Of a DNA stretch of 64,000 nt, positions 1 to 13,483 are shown piece after piece. Position numbers and translations under genes: made by a program. Each line of letters starts with the position of its first letter. Within the stretch, counting starts at the first letter, position 1. The stretch is from Antedon mediterranea (lineage: Eukaryota > Animalia > Echinodermata). The stretch is from positions 310,001-374,000 of the forward strand of contig NC_092673.1 of the NCBI RefSeq assembly GCF_964355755.1, in the 5' to 3' direction. The notes under the pieces were generated by a model that was not told the DNA's origin, made no database searches, and saw only the letters and a list, made by a program, of their open reading frames with translations.

Positions 1-3000
1 ATTTAGATTATGTGCTTCTGTCATTCATTCTTCATAATTATGGTGTTAAGGCGCCGCACATCGCAGCAGGAGACAACCTTAACCTTCCAGTATTCAGGTG
101 AGCACAAATTGTTTTAAAATAATATTTTTGACATAATTCGGAGATTTAAACAATAAAATTAATGTTATACTTTGTTTTTTTAAGAAATCTGGGTGAAATA
201 CTGTGTTTATAAACTGTTGTTTAGATATCATTTATACTTGATATATACCATACTTAACCTGATTGTAGTTAAGTCTGCACTTTCTATGGGAATTGAGTCA
301 TACTATAGAGCATATGAATGGTCTGTGTATTCCAAGAGAAATAGACAAATCCGGCTATGGAGTATCTTGATTCTAACCAAAATTCATTCATCCATCATTT
401 TTATATTTTATTTTTTATTGGAATTCGTTTTGTTTCTTGTTTTCACATAATTATTACATAAATGGTACTTTTTCGTCATTTTAGTTGGGTTCTTCGGAGC
501 CTTGGTGCCTTTTTTATTAAACGAAAACTTGATCGAGATGTTGGCAAGAAAGATCTTGTGTACAGAGCTGCTTTACATACAGTAAGTTTGTGTTTTTTTA
601 ACATTAAAATAACCTGGACTTTCTGCATTCTCACTCCTAAGGACTATCAAAGTATATTGATTGAAACATCGAGAAACTCAACAGTTTTTTTTTTTCAGAA
701 CTAGATACACGTCTAGTTACGCCAACTTTATATCAACATAAACTAACCTGCATATCAACAACATAATCTTTATAATACACATTTTATTTATTGTTTATTG
801 TTATTTTTTAACCTTTTTGTAGTATATTGAAGAGGTTCTTCAGAGTAATCAAAACCTTGAATTCTTTATTGGTAAGTGAAAATTAAGTTTACCAATGACA
901 ATGATTAGTCAAATTACTTACGTTAAGTAAGTGAAAATTAAGTTGATTAATGAAAAGCGACAGAGTAATTATAGCTTGTGATTGGTCAAATCACTTACTT
1001 TAAGTAAGTGAAAATTATCTCATTAAAAATAACTGAAATTGATTTACAAGTTTTGAAGTCAACAAAAAGTAACTGCTTTTGTCTGACTTTTTTCAGAGGG
1101 TGGAAGGTCAAGAAGTGGAAAAGCTTTGTCGCCAAAAGGTGGATTGTTGTCTTGTGTAGTTGACTCTTATTACGATGGTTAGTAACAGTTTAACTTATTC
1201 AAAGTAGAATTTTTGTAGAAGTACTATATTAGTAGTTCATAAGTACTACTTTAAAAACTCATGTTTTGGAAATTTAAGTCAGTTTTACTCCCTGGTAAAT
1301 AATTTATATGTATCTTTCATATAGGAGTGATCTCCGATGCCTTTATTGTTCCCGCCTCCATAAGTTATGAGAAGATTTTAGATGGCCATTTTAACAATGA
1401 ACAAATGGTGAGGAAATTCAAGTTTTTTTTTGTCTCTGCACACATCCAATGTAGTGTTATATCCTTTCACATTAAACACAATAGCCTCTGGATAAATACT
1501 TGTCTGCTGAGTGCTAATATCCATTCACATTGAATAAAGACACTGAAGAGATCCCATTCACATCAATTAAAAAAAAATGAAATACTGCTTATATGTTGCC
1601 ATAATCCAGTACTTCTTCTATTATAACATTTTGTTTTTTTTTAATAGGGTTTACAGAAAAGGAAGGAAACATTTATGATGGCATTGCGTGGAATATATGA
1701 TGTTTTAAAGCATAACTACGGCCATGTCAAAGTAGACTTTGCACAACCATTTTCATTAAAAGTATGTAGCTTTTCTTTTTGGACTATTCATTTCCTAGTT
1801 TGTCAAAAATAGATCATTTAAGCACCTAGAAGTACCCCACTGGATCTGCACCTGGACAGTTCATCTCTTCAGACCTTATTAAAGCACCTAGAAGTACCCC
1901 ACTGGATCTGCACCTGGACAGTTCATCTCTTCAGACCTTATTAAAGCACCTAGAAGTACCCCACTGGATCTGCACCTGGACAGTTCATCTCTTCAGACCT
2001 TATTAAAGCACCTAGAAGTACCCCACTGGATCTGCACCTGGACAGTTCATCTCCTCAGACCTTATTAAAGCACCTAGAAGTACCCCACTGGATCTGCACC
2101 TGGACAGTTCATCTCCTCAGACCTTATTAAAGCACCTAGAAGTAACCCACTGGATCTGCACCTGGACAGTTCATCTCTTCAGACCTTATTAAAGCACCTA
2201 GAAGTACCCCACTGGATCTGCACCTGGACAGTTCATCTCCTCAGACCTTATTAAAGCACCTAGAAGTACCCCACTGGATCTGCACCTGGACAGTTCATCT
2301 CTTCAGACCTTATTAAAGCACCTAGAAGTACCCCACTGGATCTGCACCTGGACAGTTCATCTCTTCAGACCTTATTAAAGCACCTAGAAGTACCCCACTG
2401 GATCTGCACCTGGACAGTTCATCTCTTCAGACCTTATTAAAGCACCTAGAAGTACCCCACTGGATCTGCACCTGGACAGTTCATCTCTTCAGACCTTATT
2501 AAAGCACCTAGAAGTACCCCACTGGATCTGCACCTGGACAGTTCATCTCCTCAGACCTTATTAAAGCACCTAAAAGTACCCCACTGGATCTGCACCTGGA
2601 CAGTTCATCTCTTCAGACCTTATTAAAGCACCTAGAAGTACCCCACTGGATCTGCACCTGGACAGTTCATCTCTTCAGACCTTATTAAAGCACCTAGAAG
2701 TACCCCACTGGATCTGCACCTGGACAGTTCATCTCCTCAGACCTTATTAAAGCACCTAGAAGTACCCCACTGGATCTGCACCTGGACAGTTCATCTCTTC
2801 AGACCTTATTAAAGCACCTAGAAGTACCCCACTGGATCTGCACCTGGACAGTTCATCTCTTCAGACCTTATTAAAGCACCTAGAAGTACCCCACTGGATC
2901 TGCACCTGGACAGTTCATCTCTTCAGACCTTATTAAAGCACCTAGAAGTACCCCACTGGATCTACACCTGGACAGTTCATCTCTTCAGACCTTATTAAAG

Positions 3001-6000
3001 CACCTAGAAGTACCCCACTGGATCTGCACCTGGACAGTTCATCTCTTCAGACCTTATTAAAGCACCTAGAAGTACCCCACTGGATCTGCACCTGGACAGT
3101 TCATCTCCTCAGACCTTATTAAAGCACCTAGAAGTACCCCACTGGATCTGCACCTGGACAGTTCATCTCTTCAGACCTTATTAAAGCACCTAGAAGTACC
3201 CCACTGGATCTGCACCTGGACAGTTCATCTCTTCAGACCTTATTAAAGCACCTAGAAGTACCCCACTGGATCTGCACCTGGACAGTTCATCTCCTCAGAC
3301 CTTATTAAAGCACCTAGAAGTACCCCACTGGATCTGCACCTGGACAGTTCATCTCTTCAGACCTTATTAAAGCACCTAGAAGTACCCCACTGGATCTGCA
3401 CCTGGACAGTTCATCTCTTCAGACCTTATTAAAGCACCTAGAAGTACCCCACTGGATCTGCACCTGGACAGTTCATCTCCTCAGACCTTATTAAAGCACC
3501 TAGAAGTACCCCACTGGACCTGCACCTGGACAGTTCATCTCTTCAGACCTTAATAAAGCACCTAGAAGTACCCCACTGGATCTGCACCTGGACAGTTCAT
3601 CTCTTCAGACCTTATTAAAGCACCTAGAAGTACCCCACTGGATCTGCACCTGGACAGTTCATCTCCTCAGACCTTATTAAAGCACCTAGAAGTACCCCAC
3701 TGGATCTGCACCTGGACAGTTCATCTCTTCAGACCTTATTAAAGCACCTAGAAGTACCCCACTGGATCTGCACCTGGACAGTTCATCTCTTCAGACCTTA
3801 TTAAAGCACCTAGAAGTACCCCACTGGATCTGCACCTGGACAGTTCATCTCCTCAGACCTTATTAAAGCACCTAGAAGTACCCCACTGGATCTGCACCTG
3901 GACAGTTCATCTCTTCAGACCTTATTAAAGCACCTAGAAGTACCCCACTGGATCTGCACCTGGACAGTTCATCTCTTCAGACCTTATTAAAGCACCTAGA
4001 AGTACCCCACTGGATCTGCACCTGGACAGTTCATCTCCTCAGACCTTATTAAAGCACCTAGAAGTACCCCACTGGATCTGCACCTGGACAGTTCATCTCT
4101 TCAGACCTTAATAAAGCACCTAGAAGTACCCCACTGGATCTGCACCTGGACAGTTCATCTCTTCAGACCTTATTAAAGCACCTAGAAGTACCCCACTGGA
4201 TCTGCACCTGGACAGTTCATCTCCTCAGACCTTATTAAAGCACCTAGAAGTACCCCACTGGATCTGCACCTGGACAGTTCATCTCTTCAGACCTTATTAA
4301 AGCACCTAGAAGTACCCCACTGGATCTGCACCTGGACAGTTCATCTCTTCAGACCTTATTAAAGCACCTAGAAGTACCCCACTGGATCTGCACCTGGACA
4401 GTTCATCTCTTCAGACCTTATTGTCTTGTAGAATAATTCTATTGTACAGTTAGATATTAATTTTCATCCAAAACATTTTCATGCATGTTGTTTAGGAATA
4501 CCTAGAGGCACCGCAGGCCCCTGCCACACCTGTAAGTGATATCGCAACATCTGGCATATGCAAAAGTAAAGTGAAGAGGGCTGGAAGTGACAACTCACTA
4601 TATGGTACAGATATTGTAGTAGAAGACACAAGGCAATTGGTTAAGGGATTAGCAGAACATATTGTTTATGGTAAGATTCTATGACATTAGAAAACAAAAA
4701 CAACCAGTAAACATATTTACCAATTGAACTTTTCCCTTAACACTTTGACAGCCAGAGGTTTTTCCAGTTAGAAACTGCCACCGCCAGCGTTTATAGCCCA
4801 ATTCGATGTTTTTATTAAAGCTGATTGAAACTATGTATGTGATCTGATTTACATGTAATTTAGACTAAAATAAATATAAATGAATATAAATATTTTAGGA
4901 ATTCCTTTAGTAAAGGGGTATTCAATTAGTTGCGAACTTTAAAATTGAATGATGTTTCTTTTATGCTGAGGTTTGAATGGTAAATGCAGTCAACTTCAGT
5001 TTCTTTTTTTTTTTAATATTAAAATTTATAAAAAGTTAAGTACTACTATTTTAGACACAAAATGTAAATGTAGACTGTTGATAGCCCTTTACAATTAGAA
5101 TACTGTAATTTCATTTATTTAGACCAAGTAGAAAGGTACATGTTTTTGTTTGATGTCATCTTCTTGTTTCCTAAAATCAAGTATATAGAAACAATTGATT
5201 TCTATTGGCTGATGTGTGTTTAAAATTCAAAAGAAAGTAATAATACCATGAATTCTAATCTCTGTTTTTCTCCACAGATTCAGTACATGTTAACACTATT
5301 ATGAGTACAAACATTGTGGCATTTTTACTGCTCACAAAATTCAGAGAAGTAAGTACATTTGATTAACAATATGAAACAGAGGGCTTGTCAGCGCCTTTCA
5401 AATCATTTTAATTTTTACTATTTATTTCTTTGAAAAACATTTTTTGATGAGAAGGTTGTAATCTATTTCTTAAGCTCTGTCTAAACTAGTTTGACCAAAA
5501 AAGTGTGATGTACCCCAATGTGAAAGTAATATGCCCAAATATTGTAGTGATATGACATCATCATGTCCATATTTGTTTCACATAAAGTTTGATAGTGTAG
5601 ACAGAGCTTTATGGGCTAAGATTATGATTAACATTTTTGTCACTACTACAGTCCTGTTTCTGATGTACTTATCTATAATCATATAGTTTGTTTGTTATCC
5701 AATTGTATTGTTGTTGCAGGGCATAGCCTTTAACACTTTAGTGAAAGAACTAGACAAGATGAAGGAGGGTATTGCATCTAGAGGATACAGCATTGGTTTT
5801 ACAGGCACATCAACAGCAATAGTCCATCACGCAATAAGGTTGCTGGGAGGTAACCTTATCCGTGTGGAAAACGTGGTGGTTACTAGCAGCACAGGACCGG
5901 ATGTTATTTCAAATGAGAAGTCCAACAAGGAGAAAGAATTTGTTACTCCATTACTAAGCTTGCCAAATGTTTTTGAATTATCATACTATAGCAATACACT

Positions 6001-8149
6001 TATCTCAGTTTTCCTCATGGAATCTGTTCTTGGTAATTATGTTATTTTCATATCCTTTTAGTCAGTTTCAATGTACATTGTACAAGGGCTTTTTCATTCA
6101 ATTTCTTTTATTTCGGAAATATTTCATCCATATCAAAAAAACGTACAAAAAGAGAAAATAAAATTTGTAAACTCTAAGCTTAAATATACAGGATGCTTCT
6201 CCATCTACTATACATTTTTTAGTTATGGAACATATGTGCAAACACAAGCAACAAGAATATTACAACTACTCAACATATGCTGCATGATTATGAAAAGACA
6301 ACATAGAGTTTATAAATAGAATATTTTTTTTTTGTTACAGCCAATGCCATTATTGCTGAATGTGGAAGTACACAGCTAATGTTTAATACATGCCATTCAA
6401 GTCCACTATCAATCTGTAAGGATAGGCTTCTAACAAGGGCTATGCAACTTTGTGATCTCTTACAGTTTGAATTCATCTTTGCTCCGGTAAGAAAGAAACA
6501 ACAATTTGCCTTAAATTAATTTTAACTATTTATTATTTTTTTAATGATTCTAATTTTACACCAATCATCCAGAAACTACTTAAACCTCCGCCATACGGTT
6601 TTATGAAGACCTTAACAGTGTGTAACTGTAATAAAACAACTTACATCAAGAAAAATAACTCATACCTTCTCAAACATATTCTATAAGTTGATGAACAGAA
6701 CACTACTAATTGCTTACCTATATTTTTGATAAGAAAAATCAAAAAGCAATAAAACTAGACCTAAAACGATGTTGTTCTTCCATCCTCTGTCTACCAAATG
6801 AATCTGTTACAAGCATGACTAAACTACATAGAAATAGTCTTATGCTTAGGCCCAGTCATAATAAAGTGTATGCCTAAGCAAAATTGAACTGCATTCGTAC
6901 ACCAAAAAATAAATTTAATCAGCATTGCTCGAGATACTTTATGAAATACATCATTGCCTTCAAAATACCTCTTGTGGGCTAATGAGCTCTCTCAACATTG
7001 TTCAGATATTAATGTTCAGTCAGCATGTTTGTTGTAACGCCCTCCCCACAGCTATAAATAATACTTGGTATTATTATTTATTAGCCTTGTGGAAACTTAA
7101 CAAACGTTATCAATGATGCTATTGAAGAGCTAGCTGTGAAAGGGGTGATTACAGTTAAGGACTCGATAACTGGGTTTAAGGACCAACGATGGGTGCGCCA
7201 ACTAGCTGCAACTACGGGTTGGGAGAGCGACGAGAGTGATTCAGTTAATAATAGCGAAACAATTGAGGTAATTAGTATTTAAAATCTGTTTTTAGAATAA
7301 AGGCTTTTAGTATAGACAGATTGGCCCATGCCTTTCCTGTGGTCAATGTAAGCACTGGACGAGAAAAGCTTGTTAGGATCAATCAAGGTGCTTTAAACAG
7401 TCCTGGCTTAGTTTCATCCATCATTCAGATTAATGTAAAACTAATTGACATTGTCGTTCGGGACAGACGTCGGCCATAAACAAAGTTAGCTGGTAATTAG
7501 ATATCATAGGTAATATGTACAATGGACTATATATATTGTATTTCATTATTACAATCTGTTAAGAATGTATTTTTGTTTTCAATCTTAGATTAACATGTCA
7601 TCAGAAAACAAAAAGCAGTTGCAATTCTTGCAGTGTGTTCTGGGACCCCTCATTGAAGGTTATTGGCTATCAGTGTGCAACCTGGTTCGTCTCTTGGACA
7701 TGGACGTTGATGACAACACATACATTAGAATGGTTAATATGTATGCAAAAGAGAGAGTTGAAAAAGGATTTGCTGTCTTTAGTAAGTAGATTTTGTTTTT
7801 ATTTTGTAATTATGCAGGCTTTGATATATTTTTTTAACTCGTCTAGTTACAGTATATATTACATTTTTGTGGCATTAATAAATATCTAAATATTACATTT
7901 CATGACACATTTCATGTTTTTACCATGTTAATTTACAATTTGTAATTTTGTATTTGTTTATGATTTTGTTTAGGTGAAAGCTGCAGCATGGATACCTTGC
8001 GTAATGCTGTGAAAGTGTTTCTACACTGGAAAGTACTCTGCACATACTATGATGCAGAAAACATTAAAATGCTCCAATTAAAGGAGCCATATCGAGACGA
8101 AGCTAAGCTTAGTGTTCTCATCGATAAGATAGAGGTGTTCCGTGTCTAA
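1..8149 (+). CDS. GPAM: Glycerol-3-phosphate acyltransferase 1, mitochondrial-like (5'-truncated by window; 13 exons)
   Basis: GT-AG exons 1-97, 485-581, 823-871, 1097-1177, 1325-1407, 1648-1761, 4496-4670, 5278-5348, 5720-6032, 6341-6486, 7085-7267, 7589-7781, 7974-8149 join in frame. The product has acyltransferase blocks LDYVLLSF..APHIAAGDNLN, LGAFFIKR, FFIEGGRSRSGK, IVPASISYEKI, plus VDFAQPFSLKEYL and LAEHIVY typical of GPAT1. Ends IDKIEVFRV-TAA. Confidence 0.93.
1820..4422. repeat. 62-bp minisatellite, ~42 copies, inside a GPAT intron
   Basis: Unit AAGCACCTAGAAGTACCCCACTGGATCTGCACCTGGACAGTTCATCTCTTCAGACCTTATTA repeated head-to-tail with few variants. Confidence 0.99.
5473..5608. mobile_element. 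MITE family 1 (PIF/Harbinger-like), copy in GPAT intron
   Basis: TIR AGCTCTGTCTA.../...GTAGACAGAGCT flanked by TTA on both sides. Related copies at 27297, 28933, ~42620, 53053. Confidence 0.85.
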
Positions 8150-8346
8150 TAATGCATGCCATGTAGTTGTCCAAGTAGATTACCACCAGCAAAGGCAAAC
8201 CAGTGAACATTGATAAGATAGAGGTGTTCCACATTTAATAACGCATGCCATGTAGTTGTCCAAGTAGATTACCACCAGCAAAGGCAAACCAGTGAACATT
8301 GATAAGATAGAGGTGTTTAATAATGCATGTAATGTAGTTGTCCAAG
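8119..8346 (+). repeat. 89-bp tandem duplication (~2.5 copies) spanning the GPAT stop codon
   Basis: CAT(C/T)GATAAGATAGAGGTGTT...CATGTAGTTGTCCAAG units start at 8119, 8208 and 8297. Confidence 0.95.
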
Positions 8347-8539
8347 GTGATAAATGTCACATGTGTCATAAATTTAAAAATATTTATGAATGCCTTAGTA
8401 TAGAGGTGCTGATTTGTATACAAAAATCTCAATTCAACATTGGCGCTTTACTGGTGCTTTTCATTCAAAGAAATTTATTTAATCTGAACCTGTTTTTATA
8501 AAGCAATTATATTTCAAGGAAAATAACATCTTGATCAAA

Positions 8540-8672
8540 AATATATATATATAGTAGGTCCCTAAAATATATATATATACTAGGTGCCTATAAAATACAT
8601 ACAGTAGGTGCCTATAAAATACATACAGTAGGTGCCTATAAAATACATATACAGTAGGTCCCTAAAATATAT
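8540..8672. repeat. Short AT-rich tandem repeat (TAGGTGCCTATAAAATACATACAG-like)
   Basis: About five degenerate ~23-25 bp units downstream of the GPAT stop. Confidence 0.85.
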
Positions 8673-8845
8673 AGAGATTGTATTTTTAAAAAGGAGTTTG
8701 TTTCGGAGAGAAAAGTGTAGTGAAAAATAACTACTGTAAATATTGAAATACACTTCTGCCATTTTTTTGAAAGTGACACTATTTGTATTCAAATAAGCTT
8801 TTATAAAATCTCAATGTATAAGCCTGACAAATGTATGCATTACAG

Positions 8846-8996
8846 TACAGTATCCATTGATCTGACCAGTAAGAAGCTAGTTTTAAAACGGTCAATACAG
8901 TATGCATTGATCTGACCAGTAAGAAGCTAGTTTTAAAACGGTCAATACAGTATCCATTAATCTGACCAGTAAGAAGCTAGTTTTAAAACGGTCAAT
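8846..8996. repeat. 50-bp tandem repeat x3
   Basis: TACAGTATCCATTGATCTGACCAGTAAGAAGCTAGTTTTAAAACGGTCAA three times. Confidence 0.95.
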
Positions 8997-9592
8997 AATA
9001 TTGGAAAGTTCTAGTTCAACCAGTGTATATGAAGTGTAAAGTTGTTGTTTTCTGAACAAGTTGTTGGAGAATTAAAAACAAAGCAATAATATGTGTTTGG
9101 AAAAAATGAACAATATATAAAAGGCATTTAAAATATTGTTGGTTGTCTTGTGTGATTATTTTTTGTTCTGTGCATTGCAGAAAACTTTCGACAAGATGAA
9201 GACAAAATACTCTTTACAAATGTTTCATTAAATATAATTATTTTTATCCAAAAAAAATCATTGGACATAAAAAGCAGCAAAACTCTGTTCCCTATACACA
9301 TATTAATCACACCAAATGTTTTTTATAATAATTTACAAAGATAAAGAATTTATTGTTTGTTTAGCAATTATAATTTCACTTTCATTTCGTTATTTTCGTA
9401 CTTATAATATAATTTTTCGTCACAAATAAATTAATAAGATATTAACATAATTTACAATATGAATAAAAAGCCAATAAATACTGTATTTACTTGTATAAAT
9501 GTTACTGGTCGAACGAGTCTGTAGTAGGCCTAAATGCTATGATTGTTTTCATTATGTGTTATTTAATAATCTACTGTGCAGCAAGTGTACAT

Positions 9593-12500
9593 TCAGTCTA
9601 TCTTCTTTGTTGACTCGATTTTCGTTTCTTGTTTTTCTTGGTTATTCCTCATAAACTTTACCGGTAGTCCGTTCTTTGGGTGCGGTACAGGTAGAAGAGC
9701 TATTTTAAGATCTGTTGTCAGTAAACGCCAATTGCATTTACGAGTTAGTTCGATGGTCAAGATTTTTAGAAATAATATAGCAAGATGTTTGCCGATACAA
9801 CTTCTAGGCCCACCGCCGAACACGCAGTAATTGTAGCGGTTTGAAATGACTTTATACTCCTTTTCGTTGTTGATAAACCGGTCGGGGTAAAATTGGTCAA
9901 CGTTATCGTAATAACTTGAATACCCCATTGTTTCTCGGATACTCCATAATAGTGTCCAACCTTTTGGTATCTGCTTGCCCTGAAATTATACAAACCAAGG
10001 ATATTTAAATTACCTCTTATACTGATTGTGTATGGTTCCATATAGATACCACATGGATTTAGTTCACATTCACATTAATTTAATTATCAATGAATACTAT
10101 GATGTATAAGCAACAGATGGATAAATACATAATAAAGTAACATTGAAAAAGATGAATATAACTAAAAGATGTAAAATCGTCGCGTTAGTCCCTCATGCAA
10201 TGATCGCAATCAAATTAATAGCTTATCTTTGATGACGCAATTGAACATTTTTTGGTGACGATATAGAGGGCAGCAGAATCTTTCTGAACAATTGTTTTGT
10301 TGACGATGAAATGGAACCGTGCAATTATAGAGGTTCTCTCTACGTACAATTGAATTAGGCCCATAAAGTCGAAAGAAAAATCAACTTAATTCCAATAGGA
10401 TCCTTTAAGACAGCATAGACAATCACAACAAACAAATACAAACAAATCAAACACACATAACAATAATAAGAACACTTTAAGTAGGACATGGAATGTATGG
10501 CGTATATACGTTATATCCTACCTCGAGCGTAAAGGTCTGTAACACCTTTCTGAACCCGCCGCCAACCGGTGGGGTAAGCCTCAAAGATTCCCTGACAACC
10601 GCAGCTGTGTATTTCAGGCTATTGATCTCTGCCAAACTCAACCCATGAACATTATCCAATGAATACAATCCGCTCTCTTCCAATTCTTGTTTTATTCTAG
10701 CAACGACCTCTGGATGTCGCGACAGATTCATCAGTAACGTAGTGGCTGCACTAGAGGTTGTCGAGAAACTAGCAAAGAGGAGCTCTAAAACGACGTCTTT
10801 AATGATCTTGTCGTCAACGTCATCTTTCGTCTCGTCCATGTACTCCATAAGAAGCCTTAATGCGGTTCGGTCTTCTAATGAGTCTGATTCCCTCTTCTTC
10901 CTAACACTGGCTCCAATTCGTTCCAGAAGTATTTCTCGTGCTTTCATCCCCTGAAATTATATTAATATTATTCTAGAAACTTATCGCCGTCTTAAATACC
11001 ATCCGTGACACACCCTGTGGAGGGACACACCATGTGGCGGGACACACCATGTGGAGGGACACACCCTGTGGAGGGACACACCCTGTGGATGGACGCACCC
11101 TGTGGAGGGACACAAACTTATAATGATTTAATTTGTACGCGTGCGATAATTAGTTGTCTATATACGATAAATGCAATGAAGTCTTTAACTTTAAAAAAAA
11201 TAGGTACATATGAGACCCAAACTTACGGTAAATTAACTTGAAATTAAGTGATTTGCGTTTAAAAAAACGTTTGAGAATTGTGTATGGATAATAAATGTGT
11301 ATAATGTTACCTTGTTTAGGCCCGATCCTGGAATATTGATTGGTAAGCAGAAAATATTGTCGGAAAACACTTTAAATGTTTCTGTAAGACTCAATATTTC
11401 AGTTTTTGAATAGTTAAATCCACATAAAGTTGAACCATTAACACGGAATATTAATTCACGCATCTCTGGGTAGACGGTCACCTTTTCTTTTGAGCACCAG
11501 TTTTCTAGAGTTTCGTCAATTTGCTTCTGTATCGAAGGAACATATGACTCTAGAGCGCTGTGACGAAACGCTTCCATAATGCGTTTACGAGCGACTGCGT
11601 GCAGCGTGCCAAACATCCCGCTTATCGCGTGTTGTCCGAGGAGACTACGCGTCGAGGTCGGCAGTGACGGTGCAAGAATTTCATTTTCTAACTGGAATAT
11701 CTTTTGCAGGTTTTCCGCTCCATACACCCGGATAATAGGTTTCCCCAGAACATGCGTCTTGAATATTTTACCATGTTTTTTAAAACGTTCTTCGTAAAAT
11801 TTTGATCCCTGAAATATAACACAACACATAATAAATAAGCACACAAATGACGACATACATAATCTGTTATTCTCCCATCTTCATTTTTAAGTGCTTTGGG
11901 ACCATCTGTTGATTGTTAAAAACGCTATATAAATTTGACAACATTAACATTTGAAGATTTTTTTATAGTATAAATTGATCCATGGATCGATCCAATATAA
12001 GTCATGAATATTGTTAATTCCCCAAGTGGGTGTTATTGATGACATCATCATCATCATTCACAACATTCTTCGATTTAACAGAGCTCTAACAACCAGCTAG
12101 TTCTTCCATGTACGTCATTCTTCATCACTCTACTTCTTGCGCCAACAAATATAAAGATTCCACGCGTTCTATGTGACATTAAAATCAACCACGAATTATT
12201 ATTTAATATTAAATATCATTCGGTTAAATGTAAATATTACATAGCACACCCAACTGACATTCAATTAAATGTTATTATAGTGTTCTTGTGTAGGCCATGT
12301 TTGGATTTATTTAGACTAGAAGGTCTAAATAAATTAATAAAAACTATTCGCATAGCGCGCATACAAACAAGCACAGAACTAAGAACAAGAAAATGTATTT
12401 TAAACTCAATATCGCTAATTCTTTATAGATGATTACAGTGAGTATATTACCCAAAAATAAATGATCTAGTTTTTTTAGAGGTTAAGTTTATGCATCAATG

Positions 12501-13424
12501 TATTTTAAATACTTAAAATAGGGCACATGAGGGTTTAAGTGGCGATCTTTTGTAGTATTTTTAATAGCGTTAAAAAATGCTATAAACCAATGACTGTAAA
12601 AGTAGAGATAGGCCTAGCATTGTGATAACGTTTTTAAATAGGACAACTATAGTCTGTCTTAAGTAGGATATATTTATTGTAAATCGTAAAGTATGTCAGT
12701 GTTTGTATCAGGACCAATAGGTAGTTTTAGGAACCATTGTTATGATAACACTTATATAATACTTTGTATTTTTTAGGACACTGCGTGTCCGCCGCCAGTG
12801 GCGTCAATTTGGATCCTCTAAATCTTTTAAATGAATAGAAGAATACAAGTTATTGGTGTTAAGTTCAATTAAATAGGCTACACCGTCGGCGGCGTCACGA
12901 TCAAAGTACACACACTCAGAAATTGATGGCTCACCTATTTAAAATACAGTTTTAAGAAAAGTCTACTTTTTTTAAAATTAAAATCTATAGGTATTTTTTT
13001 AAACAAAAATACATAATTATTTGATATTTTTTCGATGATTTGTGCATCGTTTGTAATCAATCTTGAACAAATTGTTTTAAGATAATGACATGGACATGCC
13101 CCAGTGTGCGCGCGCGCTTTATAATTTGGCCTACATTTCATACAAATTTCGTTTAATATCATCATCTAAATGCATTTAGTCACTCAAAAAGTTAAAATTA
13201 CAAATAGCTTTATCACCTACCTTTAGTATAAGTTGAAATGTCTCACCAATGATTGGCCAACCCATTCCCCCGCCAGGTAGTGGATCTTTACATGTACTAT
13301 CATACTGCAGACTGTGATAAAGATTCCAAAAGTAGTGAATAGCGCGAAACAGACTATACACCAACAGAAACAGTGCCACTAACTGGATAAACGATGAAAT
13401 CCAGCTGAATATTAAATAAAACAT
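9593..13424 (-). CDS. CYP26: Cytochrome P450 family 26-like (retinoic acid hydroxylase type), proximal paralog, ~505 aa, 4 coding exons
   Basis: Exons 13424-13221, 11808-11311, 10950-10522, 9979-9593, all phase 0 GT-AG. N-terminal TM, PLPGGGMGWPIIGETF, IFKTHVLGKPIIRVYGAENL, I-helix ELLFASFSTTSSAAT, K-helix VRESLRLTPPVGGGFRKVLQTF, QIPKGW, FYPDRF, heme FGGGPRSCIG. The motif set is characteristic of CYP26. Confidence 0.92.
11005..11112. repeat. 18-bp tandem repeat (GACACACCCTGTGGAGGG) x~6 in CYP26 intron 2
   Basis: Directly visible periodicity; explains ORF 11005..11241. Confidence 0.9.
11889..11952 (+). mobile_element. Probable 3' end remnant of a CR1/L2-type LINE or related SINE
   Basis: AAGTGCTTTGGGAC...AACGCTATATAAATT plus ACATT-like tail. 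A related copy lies in reverse orientation at ~28180-28241. Confidence 0.5.
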
Positions 13425-13455
13425 TATATACTGTAAATATACATCAGCTAGCCTC

Positions 13456-13483
13456 TGAGTGGATATATTTATACCTCGTGATT
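13456..13483 (-). promoter_or_regulatory. Putative core promoter (TATA box 13468-13473) of proximal CYP26
   Basis: Minus strand AATCACGAGGTATAAATATATCCACTCA, ~45 bp above the ATG; similar to the paralog's block at 21979-22006. Perfect CRE TGACGTCA at 13816-13823. Confidence 0.6.

Noticed and set aside
1820-4422. Regular 62-bp array as a CRISPR locus
   Set aside because: No unique spacers, no cas genes, and it lies in a spliceosomal intron.
4736-4800. piggyBac-like left end (TTAA-CACTTTGACAGCCAG)
   Set aside because: No matching right TIR or TTAA identified.
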